A DNA stretch of 63,383 nt, counting the filler, from Choristocarpus tenellus KU-1152 (lineage: Eukaryota; Protista; Phaeophyceae), in assembly GCA_964200185.2 (NCBI GenBank). It is 7 parts of 7 records of this genome, joined end to end, with 100 filler letters (N's around TTAATTAATTAA, not from the genome) between each part and the next. Parts side by side here need not be neighbours in the genome. Positions count along the whole stretch, not along the records: positions 1 to 17,950 come from CAXNAD020000602.1; positions 18,051 to 27,862 come from CAXNAD020003370.1; 5 more parts are not named here. One strand, written 5' to 3'. The notes below the pieces were generated by a model that was not told the DNA's origin, searched no databases, and was given only the letters and a program-made list of their open reading frames with translations. Below, in pieces: positions 12,687 through 26,132 of the stretch (its first letter is position 1; each line of letters starts with the position of its first letter). The position numbers and the translations under genes were made by a program.

Positions 12687-15600
12687 TCATAATACATGCT
12701 CTACTTCTCCTTCCCCTGACAACAATAACCTTTGTGTTTCCTGTGGAAAACCTCCATCAACACCGTCCAGATTCTCAAAAACGTCTCCTTCACGAAACCC
12801 TTCATCGTGTGAGACAATACCACCAACACCTCCCCCTCCAATGTAATTGTTGACGGAGTTATGAAACATTCCACTATCACCCATGGTGGTCACAGTGTTG
12901 ACAGTGTCAACATCCCCAGTAACTTGGCCACTCGCATGCTTTAATTCATCTCCAAGTATTCCGTTTCCATTGTTAACACCAACAATGCTACCATCGTCTT
13001 CATAAACATCATAAACATTAATCTCATGATCGCTGATGCTACCCCATTCACCATCAATGCCCATGTGATTGAGACTGCCGCTCAAGTCTTCATACTTCAC
13101 CCCTGAAGCATTACTACCATGGCCATCCTTCAAGCCCCCCCCGCTGCTCCTGCTGTTGCTGATGCCACTGCTGACACTGGCCTTACTATGCCCAGAGAGG
13201 CTCAAATTGCAAGAACTGCACCTATGCTCGTCTGCAGTATCTTCGTCATCCCCCTCAGGTATGGCAAGATCATCTGCTTTCCACTTCCCTCCTGAAGAGC
13301 GCCTCTCCAAGAATTCTCGAGCCATGTACCTGGGATGCAGGTGGTGGTATGGCAAGAAAAATATCAAAAAGGTATGGGCAAGCTGGGCACCACCTTCCAA
13401 CACCAACATCACCATCATGGCAGAGTGCTATTCTCCTTCTCCTGTCGCCTTGATTGGACCACTCCCACCCCTAACCGAAAACAGCTGAGGTTAAAAAACG
13501 ACTTAAAAAAGCGAAAAGTACTTCCGAGGGGAGTTGTTCGACCTATCAGGGCAGAGCAATGTGGCATTACGGTCATGATACCATTTTAACAAAAAAAAAA
13601 TCCTCTGAACACTAGCTATGTTGCCTTTCAACTGATGGTTTTATAAAGGCCACCCCACAAAAAAAAAACACAGAAAAACCCCCAGGTGGGTTCAATGCTT
13701 TGTGTGTACGTACCCCTTGACAGGCCGGAAATTCTTTCCACGCTTCTTCCCAGTATGTCCAGTATGCCGAAGCTGCTTTGGATTCTCCACAAGGTCCGCC
13801 ATAGGTCCTACGGTGACTGGGAGGGCTCCACCCATTGCCCCCGGGGGATGAGTGGGTTCTACTGTGTCCTCTCCAGAATCGGTCATGTCACCACAGAAGC
13901 CTTCACTGTGCTCATCAACCTGACCAACCTTCCTCACCGAGATGAAATGAAATATACACATGCACAAGAAAGCACACACACACACACACACAAGATAAAA
14001 TAAGAGAGAGGAAGAGACTGTCAAAGCATATTAGCGGGATAATCGGATGCCTAGAATACCTTGGTCAGGATGGATGCACAACAAGTCTAAACAAATAAAC
14101 AAATAAACCAACACTTCACCACAAAGAACATACATCATTTCTGGACCTTTGATAAAACACAACAACTCAGCCTTCATTTAATCAAAATACAAAAAAAAAC
14201 GACGCACAAAAAAACATCTTCCACCTATCCGGGCAATCTTTGAAAGCTCTGGTTAGGACTGCGGTATGTCTTAGTATTTTCTGAAAGGTCCATTCCCAGG
14301 CCATTCGCCCGTCTTTTGTGTCCTGCCACACACAGGCCACCCTGTGAATTGGTTTTCAACACGCATAACTCAGCAGAAACTCGAGGAAGATTCAACTTGC
14401 CTGTTGCTGCTCATCCAGGAGATTCGCTGTGGTCTTGGGAGATTCATTCAACCGCTGACCATCAACAATCTATTGCAGAAAACACATCAAGAGCCAGACA
14501 GGAAACAATGGGAACATTGTCATGGGCAGGGTGAACATCAGAGTGAACACCATCCAATTGCATCTACGATCACACTTGATTCAAGGGCGAACATGTGATG
14601 ACTTTTTACATGCATTACAGCAGTGACCTTCTTAACAGTTGGTAACGATTTAAGAAAACAAAGACAGGGGAGACCTTTATGGTACATGTTACTGATATTA
14701 CTGTTGTTGAATTAATGGCCTTACAAACAGTTCATCAAGACTTAGTGCTTTAATTTTTTTAGTGAGAAGGCAACTGCAGTTCATGGTCACAAAATAAGAT
14801 ATAAAGTGGGGTACTAAAAAGGGGTACTAAAAGCAATATGCTATAAAAGACAAAAGTATAGGCTAACCTAAATGCCATACAAGGATCCATCTTCCTTCCT
14901 CTGTCGCATTCCATTTCTTTGAAAGCATGCAACGCCCCTAATTTTCTCCATGAGTCAATGACCCTACCATTGAACTTAACTCAATTAAACAATACCCGCT
15001 ACTACCAATAGCAATTTTTCCCAAGTCATTAACATGGATAAACAAAATAACCTGGAGTCAAATGAGACACTACTGCACTTTCACCCCATAACTTCCCTCC
15101 ACTGTGACCCCAATAAATAATTCTCTTGCCTTGTCAGAACTTCCACCACTCCAAAAACAATACCTCATCTCATGCATCCTATAATATTGTGTGCTTTGTT
15201 CCTTGTAGTATTGTAACACGGTGATAATTGTTTTCTGGATAGTGCGTACTATTATTGATACACTTTTATGTTCTCGATTAGGTTTTCATTTGTGGTCTTT
15301 CCCCCTTCAAAGTTACAGTCCTTTTCTTCATCAGGTTGAAAACTAATCTAGGAACAACCTAGCAAATTTCCGATTCCCAATAACGAAGATAAATTGGTTG
15401 AACCCCACCACAACATGAATTGCAGCGTTTTTGTACGATAGTGGTTAAGGTGACTAATTCCTGCGTGAATCGCGAGTTCGAATCTCATCGACACCAGACT
15501 TTTTTTCATCGAAATCATGTTTCAATTATCTTTTTCATTCCAACAAGAACGCATTGGACACCTTACACTTCTAAATCTGTTGGTACACCATGAGGTCCCA

Positions 15601-17452
15601 AACCAAGGTTGAGATGGAAAAGTCAAAGAGAGTCCAGCAACAAGGTTTAAGGGAGGAGGAAGAGTGACGTCGGAGGGAAGGTTGAACCATCTCAGGAGAA
15701 GCAAGGCATGAACAGTATTGCAAGAATTAATCACACTAGATATTTATAGCATCACAAGTAGAGCATAGTGTGATACCTCTGACCTCGGGTAGGGATAATC
15801 CACACACTAAAGTGAGTGAATATAAAAAAACACACTTAGAAGATACTTCAACAAAAGCAGTAATCATTCCACAATCACAGTGTACTCACGACCAGAATGC
15901 AAACACGTTTAGGGTTAGGGCTAGATACTTGAAGAGAAAAATATTAGCATGCAGGGGGTCATTCAAAGAAGCACTACAATACCTGATTGGTACCTAGAAA
16001 ATCACATATATCGTTAGGCATTTGAGAGGTCAAAGGAGCACTACACTACCTGACTGGTGCCCTAGAAAATCACATACATTGTCAGGCATTTCAGGCGTTT
16101 TTCCTGTTGGGGTCTATAAGTATGTGTAGTTTGACCCTGGTGTCTTCCACAGTCTAACTACATCAGTCCTCATTGTAAGAAGTCCTCTGTTTCAGATAAT
16201 CTGAGGGGCCAAAGGTGAGCCACCCACACTGTAAAACCACCCAATCCCTGTCTATAGCATTTGTCAGATAGAGCCCCATTGCTTGGAAAAAATTCCCTAA
16301 CCCTTTTATAGTACTTCTTAGACCACATGTGATACTTCAGTGTGATTCTAATCCGACCAATCAGAAAAGTGCCCTCTCTTCATGATGATTAAAGCAAATT
16401 GATTCGATCAAATTTGAGCTAGCGAATGATACATAAAAAATTAAAAATACCACATGTAGAAAAACAAGCAAAATTCCACTCTGAAAAATTGACAGTTTGA
16501 AACAGGACCCAAGCGATCCGGCAATAAACAGAAAAACACGTATCCACATCAACATACACACAAAGCCCTAACCCTAACCCTAACCCTAAACCACGCCAAC
16601 CAAAAATATATATTTGCAAATTACTACTATGTACACTATACTATGAATATATACATGGGGATATGGTTATTACAAGTTTGCTTGAATCCTCTTCTATTTA
16701 AAAAAAATAAAAAATAGTCATGAGAGGAAGTGTAACTGTAATTTCACGCCACCGCTGCTCACCTCATCCCTGGCAATGGTGTCCAAGAACTCAAGAATCT
16801 CAGTAAAGTTTGGCCGTAGAGCAGGGGCCGGGTCCCAGCACTGCTCGATGAGAATTCTCAGGGTCTGCACAACAAAAAAATAACAGTTGGGACACATGAG
16901 CAAACCCTGCTGCCAAAAGTTGAATACAAACCTAGATCTGTACAGGTTCAAAATGCAACCAAATGCAAAATGCTGAATTTCTACCAAGGTGGAACACACA
17001 AAAACCTAAAACAGAACTCCTCTACTTCCACGGGCCTAAAACCAATTTGCCACTTAGAGAGCCCCCAAGCATCAAATCACACGTAGTTGACGTAAGATAC
17101 TACAGTGGTACCAAACACTATACCAAGAGGTATACCTTATATTGACTACAGTACCACCTCACATACATGTGTACACATGCATCTCCTGATTTCTTGTTGA
17201 AATGTCGCCTGCAAGTCATTCTAAAAAACCATATTACAATGACCTACACACCCGCCAGTCAGAGACACTCAACCCAAAACACTACCAGACCCCATCAAGT
17301 CTGACCTGGAAGACTTCTTTAGGAAGAACGGGTCGTAGATCGTCATTGACAATACAGTTGGTGATATACATGGGGGTCAACTGTCCCCCCAACCGCCCCC
17401 CAGTAGGACTTCGTTCTTCCTGCTGCCCACTAGCAAGCTTCTGTCGAAGCAC
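12687..17452 (-). CDS. Protein kinase (TKL-like), 3' part: subdomains X-XI plus a long acidic Gly/Ser-rich tail; 5' part lost at the gap
   Basis: Exons 17452-17306, 16864-16763, 13919-13714 and 13329-12687 splice in phase. They encode IVNDDLRPVLP and LIEQCWDPAPALRPNFTEILEFL (the CW...P..RP.F subdomain XI motif). Confidence 0.8.
15425..15507 (+). pseudogene. tRNA-derived sequence (pseudo-tRNA or SINE head)
   Basis: It has a box A-like TAGTGGTTAAGG, a T-arm/box B GAGTTCGAATCTC and a following T-run. The acceptor and anticodon stems do not pair well. Confidence 0.5.
15964..16091. repeat. Intronic tandem duplication of about 65 bp
   Basis: CAAAGRAGCACTACAMTACCTGAYTGGT...CTAGAAAATCACATAYATYGTYAGGCATTT occurs twice. 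Confidence 0.85.
16566..16589. repeat. Interstitial telomere-like (CCCTAA)4
   Basis: Directly visible. Similar short tracts occur at about 17460, 21295, 24700, 26158, 27598, 53015 and 53229. Confidence 0.85.
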
Positions 17453-17950
17453 CTAGTTGTTTAGGGTTAGGGTTAGGGATGTAGCACAGAAAAGAGGAAA
17501 AACGTTCATTCAAACACACACACACACACTTCAAACTGCGCTGTGGAGAGGAGTCGTACCACATCACTTGTACAACTACAGATAACAACCTTTTGCCCTC
17601 TTTATTGGAGGTTTTTTATTGACATGGTAAGGCATGTCAATACAAAAAGAGGAGGGTTTGTGCAACTCTCACACACGTTTTCATACCACGTCCCATTAAT
17701 TCAATCTTAATTCAATCTTTTGTCCATCACCCTGGCGCAACCAGTCTCCCCAAACCTCAACAACTTAGCTACACCTACCATCGACAACGATCTCACCACT
17801 GCAAGACGAAACAGCTGACTCTACTACTTGACACCATCAACTATTTCCAAAGTTGACTCACAAGGTTCTGAACCAGCTTCTAACAAAAAAAAAAATCACC
17901 TCCCCCTCCAGAGTGTAAACCCCAGAACCAACACAAGGACCCCCCCCCCC

Positions 17951-18050
17951 NNNNNNNNNNNNNNNNNNNNNNNNNNNNNNNNNNNNNNNNNNNNTTAATT
18001 AATTAANNNNNNNNNNNNNNNNNNNNNNNNNNNNNNNNNNNNNNNNNNNN
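17951..18050. other. Artificial scaffold spacer N-TTAATTAATTAA-N (also at 27863-27962, 35571-35670, 39731-39830, 46379-46478 and 60474-60573)
   Basis: An identical 100-nt block carrying an all-frame stop linker occurs six times. Confidence 0.97.
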
Positions 18051-18202
18051 GGGGAACTACGCCAGGGTGTCCATTTAGGGCAAAATCAGGAGAAGTCAAT
18101 TTACATTATCTGACGTATGGAACCACATCACCCAAAACCCACGACATTAAAAAATTGATCCCAAATAGACAGCCACCACACACCCCCCCAATACTTTGAG
18201 AC
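18051..18202 (+). mobile_element. Copy of the MITE family defined at 51014-51189, cut by the contig end
   Basis: It shares CCAGGGTGTYCAT...ATCACCCAAAA...CCCAAATRGACAG.C.CCAC...ATACTTTG with that element. Confidence 0.75.
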
Positions 18203-19437
18203 AATACCTCAACAACTCCTACTATATAATAGTACTATAATGCTGTCATATATATTCCTCTAGATCACAATAATAGTTGATGTCAGAGGTCCACCATCAT
18301 CATCATCATCATCAGCGGTCAGGATGAAGTGGTGTTACAAACACTGGAGTTATACTTCCAGAATGACTCTAATCAGCACCCAGCAAATACTACAGGACAA
18401 CTCTGTAAGCAATCAATTGCGCAAAACAGTGGAAACACATGAGTAATCTTATACATACATTAAAAAAAACACGCACACAGTAGAACTGCAGTACGTGGAA
18501 ACTAGAACTTATAGAAGTGACTCAATTCTCAGCATCTTATGAAAAGCCCCAACTCACTTCAGTGATGTGCTTCACAACATACCACATTAGAGGTGGAGAT
18601 TAGGGTGTGGTCGACCGAAATCGTTCATATCTAAGAACCAGTCAGCATTAGATTTCAAGGGGCATTTTCTCGTGCATATGCTCTCTGAGCACTCCACTGG
18701 GATTTCTTTTTGGGTCCCTACAATACTCAGCAACGTTTAAGCTTGACTTATAGTGGAATAAAACAAGTTGTTGCCTTGATTAAATTTATACTCACTCACC
18801 AAATCTTCCAATTGGCAACACTGCATATTGTTCAGAGAACCATCTACAAAACTATCCGTAGGAGTTGAAACTGATTCCAACCTGTACTCTCTTTTTTAGC
18901 TGGGTGCATCCTTAGGAGGGCACTAGCACAAAAAGGTGCCCTTCGTCTACATCAGTGCTACATCTAAGAGAAGTCGTTCTAATTTTGTCCCAACAACTCC
19001 TCGCCATACTGTTCTGCACCATTTTATACCCATACTGTGTGGAAATAGGGGAATAGCCTACCACGAAAGGCAAAGATCATGAGAGAACCCAGCTTCCCCA
19101 GGACCATAAGGGTGACACTCACAATAGACACTGAAAGATAGGCCCCATCCACCTATGCAAAGGCATCTCAAGAAGATAAGTCCTTTGTCACCAGAGGCAG
19201 AATTGAGAAGATCCAAAATTAATTAACCTTCCACACAGGATTGCGAAAATATGTGACACAAAGAATATCTTGACGACATCAACAGGAGATGCATCTCTAA
19301 ACAAACAAATATGGCCTGGAAGACTAAGCAACCCAAATCATTTATAGCAACAACAAAAAAACTACGTGGCTGTTATCTGCTATCTCTCATTCATGAAGAA
19401 TGCACAGCGGCAATTTTACAACAATTGTATGAAGCAA

Positions 19438-22400
19438 CTATTTGATTCGGTACAGATGCCCTTTATTGATCAAGTCAGCCTCATCGCACACTTTGGACTT
19501 AAAGTGTATCAACGCACTGTTCACAAAACGAGTAGCAGCACAGAGGACAAAAGCGTTTCGCCTAGCAGAGCGTGGAGTGATAGTCTCGTACCGTCCATCT
19601 GGATGCATCTGAACACAAACAGGTCAAGAAATAAAAAACACAAGAAATATCGATAACACCAGGTGGGAAGTTGTTGGTATTGTTAGACAAGATAGGGGGA
19701 AAAAGTATAAATGTGTTAGTTTTTCATCAGGGAAAGTTGTCAATACTCCTCCATAAGGTGATGTCTCGATTTTCACTGTACAAGATGGGTCACTTCAGAA
19801 TGCAGCAGTTGCACATACAGGAAGGTGTCTTCAGGAGTATTTTGACCTTCATCCCAATTCTCACGATATCTCCAGAATGCACATGTACACAGAGACATTC
19901 TTGCACATTACACTTACACACATACATGAAAGGGTATCTACCATGTGAACAACTTCCTCTGTAGTGAAAATGAGTAAGCCATGCCTACTGTCGTGGTCAC
20001 CTTGAATAAGCTTGATTGTATATCCATGGGAGGGTCAGCAAGGAGAGGGGCGTCACAATCCAGTTGATCATAGCTCTGGTCCTTTCTGTATCGCCTAAAG
20101 AAGTAGACAGACATAGAGAAGAGGGAATATAACGGAGGGGAGTAGTAGAAAAAGAGATGAAAAATGAACTTTAAAAACTGACCTCCAATGAAAACACACC
20201 TCACAGCACCTTGAGATACCTCAGCATTTTTAGTAAGAGATAGAGGAGAAATAAGACAAGACTAGAAAAACTATTGTAATTCTTACAAAGCAATGCGGGC
20301 TTACAGCATACCTAAGGCATCAAAATAGAGCTCTAACAAGACTGTATGGGATCCTAAAGACAATCCAAGGCAATGCATAACCTTCAGCATAGTGAAGCTG
20401 TCACGGAGGTGAAATGACAACAAATGCGTGAAGATCGTCTGCAAAAGCAACCCATCACAATAGGAAAGAGTACAGTAAGAATACCAAAACACCAATGAAC
20501 GTATTTCAAGACTCCACGATCAACAGCTTCTCAAGAGGTAAAAGAAAAATGTGTTTAACGGTACGATGCTGTGGGTTCAATACAATAAATTGATAACACA
20601 AATACAAAAATAGCTTCCGACTCAACCAGGTCTCTCCTATCAGGTTTACCAAGTACTGTAACTCAACATAAAATCATATTAAACTAATGTCACACATGTC
20701 GAATAATACCCAGAAATCCCTCTGAACCCATGACCTTGTAGTCTGTCCATGTGGGAGCTATCTATCAATAAGTCAAAAGATGCCAGTAAAAAGATCAACT
20801 TTTAATCAGAGCTTTACTGTTCAACCTGCACTCACATCACACCAAAAATATGTTCAAGTTCAAATTTTCGCAAATGTTTGCTTGCATGCATCCAAGTACG
20901 AGATGGAAATGAAGCCCCTTCCTTACACATAATCACAACAAAATATGCCTTTAAGGCTTCACTGATCACCCATAGACCCCAAACAACTCAAGGAGATCAG
21001 GCACGGTGTGTACGAGAAGACCAAACTGCTCTATCAGCAGATTCTCTCAGGACCAAAATGCCTACCTTTTGTTGAAGAGCCAATGTCCAACTCGATACAT
21101 GTGGCAGTAGTGGATGAACGTTGGCAAGCCCTTGAAGGTCTGAGCACTAATAGTTCCTTCGCCACCTGCATTTGTCAAATCAACAAAGGTACATTCAGTA
21201 TGTAACGCAATGTAATTCATAGACTAGAAGTGGAACATAGCAAGAGTATCAGGTTCTAAGTTGCTTCCATTAGAACATTAGGGAGAGCAAAATGTTTAGG
21301 GTTAGGGTTAGCTTAGACATGTGTGCTGCGAGAACGGACAAGGGTAAGGACACAGAACATGCCATATATCTCCATCGCATAGGAATATTTCGTACTGTAA
21401 AGGGGCCATTTTATCAAGCGGGTACAAAACAACCAAAGGAACTACCTTGAGCAGTACGGAATGTGACATACATATAGTGCTCTTCGGTGTCGTACAAGTC
21501 CAGAATAAAGCAGCTCATCATTAGCCAAATACATTTTCACTCCTCAAGCGTATCTCACAAAGTACCATGGTCGTACTATCATTACAGTTTGGTGCACAGG
21601 GGTGTGACCCAAATGGTTAGGAGAAACAACAAAATTAGGAAGACTACCAAGCTGATAATGCTGCATGTCTAGTTTATCCACTACTGAACGGATATCTTCT
21701 TCAAAAGAAAAAAAGCATATCATTCCAAGTGACATCAAGTAGTTTGGGTATCTCAAAACGTTGAAGTATTGAGGTGATTAGTGCTCAAGCTCACTAAATA
21801 TTTGTATAAATCTCGATACAGGCAGCAATGATTACATCTATCTCTTTGTCCAAATCTTCCTTGTTCTTGATTAGGGGAAGATCTTCGTCCTACCCCACCT
21901 ACAAACCATCTTCAGTCGCTTCAAGATCTTCCCAAGGCCTCGGTCGGACCCGAACCCCTTGCCCTAAAACATGCACTCCACAGAGTCCAAAATATCCTGT
22001 CCAAATATCTCTTTCCCAAAGTTGTTCTCATCCAAGAGGTATCCCTCCTGTAGGATGAACTGTGCAGACGTGGGTTCAATGCTTTAACTTGATCTGAACT
22101 AAACTTCCCTCTTCCCTCACCAGAACCCATTGGCAAATTCTTATTTTCCCCCCATTCCTTGGCAATTTTTCAACCTTAGCTGGGCTAATGGATTTCAATT
22201 TGTTGACGAGGGTTACAACTTCAAAGAACCTCCAGTCGTGCAATCCAACGAAGTCGTAAAAGAGGATGAGTAGTAACTGCAACTCCTTGTGGGTCAACAA
22301 TGCAACCCTTTGTACCTGGAGGCTGTCAGAGGGATACGATGGCCTCCTCCCTCAGCTCCATCTCTCAACCCTTCTCAGTCATCTTCACCTTCAACTTCTT

Positions 22401-25400
22401 CATTCGGGGACAATTGCCATCTTCACTCAATCCTAGCAACTCGGAATATGTCTTCTTACCCTTACAAGCACTCGGCCCCTTGACAATGTTCTTTTTTGGA
22501 TTGCGATTCCCCATGATACAGCCTGTTTCAAAGTCCTCAGGATGCCAATGGAGCACCCCCGTGCAGGATTACTTGTATCTTATAAACAGCTTCGATTTGC
22601 ATGAATCTGACCCTGAAGCACCCTACACAGACATTTCTAAGTTACCACATATATGAATCCATTGCTTCACTAGATGCGACCAGGTCAAGGATATATATTT
22701 CAACCCTATCAGAAAACCCCTAAATTGACCTCTCAGCTCTAGGCACTACTCTGTAACCACCAGGACCCCCCTGCAGGCAAAAAGAAACCTATGGAATGCC
22801 AGGATCCTGATCCTTCCAATGCACCACTCAGCATCGATAGATTGCAAGGGCTTTACTAGTAATGTAGCAAAATAGTGGCCTAGATACTGAGATTTGACTC
22901 CCATTAAGTAGTTCCTTTTGTAATTGAGGGCATTTTGAACAATAATTCTACTTGAAAAGATACTCTCCGATATACTACTGTTGAAGTGCACTAGTAGTGA
23001 CACTCTTCATAGAAGTGAGAAAAAAAAAGAGAAAAGGATAACACGAACAAAAAAAATTAACACTCATCTACTACAATACTATTTTGAATTAATTTACACA
23101 AACATTGACAAAATTGTGCTTGGTATAATACTGTTGAAAATAGTGCTTGACATGAATAATAGAAATAGTCAACAACTTCATGTTGAAGGCAACCATTTCT
23201 TGTTGACCCGTTGGATTGATAGAAACCATAAATACATGTTCCAGTGTATTATCACAGACTGTCGGAGTTGTGAACATTGGGGTGAACATTAGGACAGAAA
23301 GAACACAGATGCAAGATGTAGTGAAAGCAAACGATAATGACAATAGAGTGAAGACATCTGAAAGAGGATGTTTTGAAAATTGTCGCTTAAACCACAAAAC
23401 TGATTTGTGATTCATATTTGTTCAAGATATATGTTTCCATACCTTCAATATCAAAATCGCAAACGTTGGGCATGTAGTGGTCCACATCATGCCATGCCTC
23501 GTAATCCACCTTTCAACACAATTGATTGATACAGTACATGCAAGGTCAGAAAAATGCACAAAATTGCATATAGTCATGCACCCCTACTGAGCAATCGTTG
23601 TAGATCACAGGACGAAACTAAAGACATTGGAAGGAAAATATTGTCATTGTAACATTTTCCCTTCTACTCCAGTGAATAATCTTGTTTTGACCTCACATGC
23701 AAGTATAGACTAGTCTCACATGTCCCAAAGTCCTAGAACTGCTCTACAGAACTAAAATACCTCCATTCATGCCTTGATCTTCATACTGTGGGTTCAGCCA
23801 TCCCACTGTTGGTCAACCATCCCAAGTTATCAAATCTTATATTACTCCTGTAGCAGAGCAGAAATTAATTTATGACCATTACCTTCTCTGCAAGGGCAAG
23901 CTTCCGAAGGCTAGTGTATAAAGAGACTTTCTGTGTTGACTAGTTTATCCAGGTGAACGGTCAAGACAATAGCTATAACAAAACCCACTGCAGTTGTAAT
24001 GAAACTCACCAAAGTATGTATTTTCAAAAGAACAGGTTTCACTCAATTGGCCTCTATAAAAACCTTTCAAGCAAAAGAACTTCAAATAACAACCCACAAA
24101 CCATTTCATAACTTGTCACCTCTGCACCATTAATACAAAATCATGTCAAAAATTGGCCTTGAGACGATAGCACACAGGCCCTTAACATACAGCAGCCTTC
24201 TCTTATGAGGACTAGCAAACAAGTAGGGATAATACCATACCAAATCTGGACCACCATAGCATTATTGCTTGTCATTGTTAGGTAGGTGCCACCATTCGCA
24301 AAGTCTAGAATAAAAAAATCGGCAAATGAGACACACTGAACCCAATAATTTATTAGAGAGTGGAGGGTCATAGTCAAGGTTGTCCCAAAAGGTGGCAACC
24401 TATGTTTAGGGTCATCTCAAAAGAGAACTAAACAAACTGGCTCTACTGCTGAAAGGGACTGAGATAATGTATCCTTTCTACCAAGAATATTTCTCCTCCC
24501 AACCAAGGTATCAAAGAGTGACTACTAATTTCCAAATTGTCGCTATATTTGGGAATCTTACACTCCGGCAACAAAGAATTGACTACCATTGGGCAGTATG
24601 GCCATGTGCACTCAACAGCTTGAAGCGAAAGATATGCATACCCCAATCAACATGCACAGTTCCTTGCACATACTCAGTGTATCTCAGAGTATTTCGCTAC
24701 CTAACCCTAACCCTAACCCAAAGAAAAACACGACTCTAACTCGGATTGAATATCACAATCAATGATTCAGTAGAAAGACGGACCGGGTAGGAAGTCTTCA
24801 TTACTACCTTTTACTACATTTTCTCTTCATTCCCCCTTGACTGTCCTAGTTTTTGCAACAAATAACTTTTGGACACAACCACAACATCACAACTTCATCA
24901 CAGAGCATCAAGCCGTCTTCTCTTTCCACATTTTCTGAGTGCCATAAACCACCAAGCACAAAACAACTACTCTGTTTGACAAAATTATAAATAACTGTAA
25001 CGATAACGCAAATGACATGCAAAGGAGTGCTGTATACCTTAATACTCTGTTCACTGCCACACAGGTGGGACCAAGCAGGTAATGTACATCTTGACAAATT
25101 CTGACACAATCTTGACACAATCTTCTATCACATATTTTTTTCCACAGGAAAGAGTCCAAAAATAATTTACTACACGAAGAAGCTTCCAAATAAAAAAAAC
25201 ACACTCATGGAACCAATCTCCATATTTTGAAGGAAATATTTCAACTACTTCACAGTTATAAAGGGAAGCTGGGCTGTTTTGGTGACAAGGGGGAGATGAC
25301 ACCAAAAAGAGGCGAAATCAGGTGAAGAAGGCATTAGACCGAAATCCATCCGTCACAATGTGCCAAAGTGCTACCTACTATTCTTGGGGATAAAATAGTG

Positions 25401-26132
25401 CTTGAATGTATTTTAAGGAGCTACCATGGCAGTTAAGACTAACCCTAAGCGAATATCTTCTTCAGAAAAAAAAAAAGTTTTCAAATTTAATTGCAAACTA
25501 TTTGGTGCTCTAATGGTATCACATTTATGAATAGAACAGTTCTCCACATTGCTAATTTGTACCAATCTGCACCTATGAGTAGGTATAGATAGCACCTTAC
25601 TCTCAAGTGCCAAGCATCGCTCCAGTAGTGGCCTGGGGAAAAGCTATGACAGCGTCCCAAAGTTTCTAGTATAGCGGGATATTAGGTTTCAGTACAATCC
25701 ACTAGGAAGGAAATACTTTGGACGCCGAACTAGCAGTTGTAGTATCTTCAACTATCAAATTTCGCCTACAAAACATTTTTGACACAGAATCCATCCTTGA
25801 AAAACCAAAATACACACAGGTTTGGTGCAGAAACAAGTGAGAGTTGAGCGATTTAGGTAACTTCTATTTTGTTGCATCCACTTGCAGTTCTCTCTTAAAA
25901 TCTCTTTCAAAATCTCTTTCAAAGTCTCACTTTCTATCACAAGTATCAAGGTACGCACTCCTCTTTGCTTACAATATATTGTCTACAAGAGCGGAGGCCT
26001 CAGCACTAGCAAACCCACCTTCTCGTTTTCAACTGCATAGTTATTGATGCGATAATGCCTTAGCCCCAGGGTAGCGGCTGCCGTAGCGTACGCAGTCTGC
26101 TCTGCCAAAGTTGATGGGTAGTTTGCCATTAC
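19438..26132 (-). CDS. Hydroxyproline O-arabinosyltransferase / peptidyl-serine alpha-galactosyltransferase-like glycosyltransferase (GT95/GT96-like), 3' part
   Basis: Exons 26132-26019, 23509-23443, 21165-21066, 20094-20001 and 19608-19438 splice in phase to a TAG stop. Motifs are YPSTLAEQTAYATAAATLGLRH, EAWHDVD, LPTFIHYCHMYRVGHWLFNKR, CDAPLLADPP and RRNAFVLC...VNSALIHFKSKVC, matching the pattern I recall for stramenopile HPAT/SGT1-like proteins. Confidence 0.78.

Noticed and set aside
13069-13488. 139-aa plus-strand ORF, and similar ORFs at 30386-30824, 46511-46852 and 58191-58601
   Set aside because: They are antisense shadows of real exons or TE genes.
21400-23000. Decayed coding-like sequence in the glycosyltransferase intron (similar unresolved tracts at 10700-12500, 37900-39400 and 40100-41500)
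   Set aside because: These are probably TE relics, but I recognised no diagnostic motifs.
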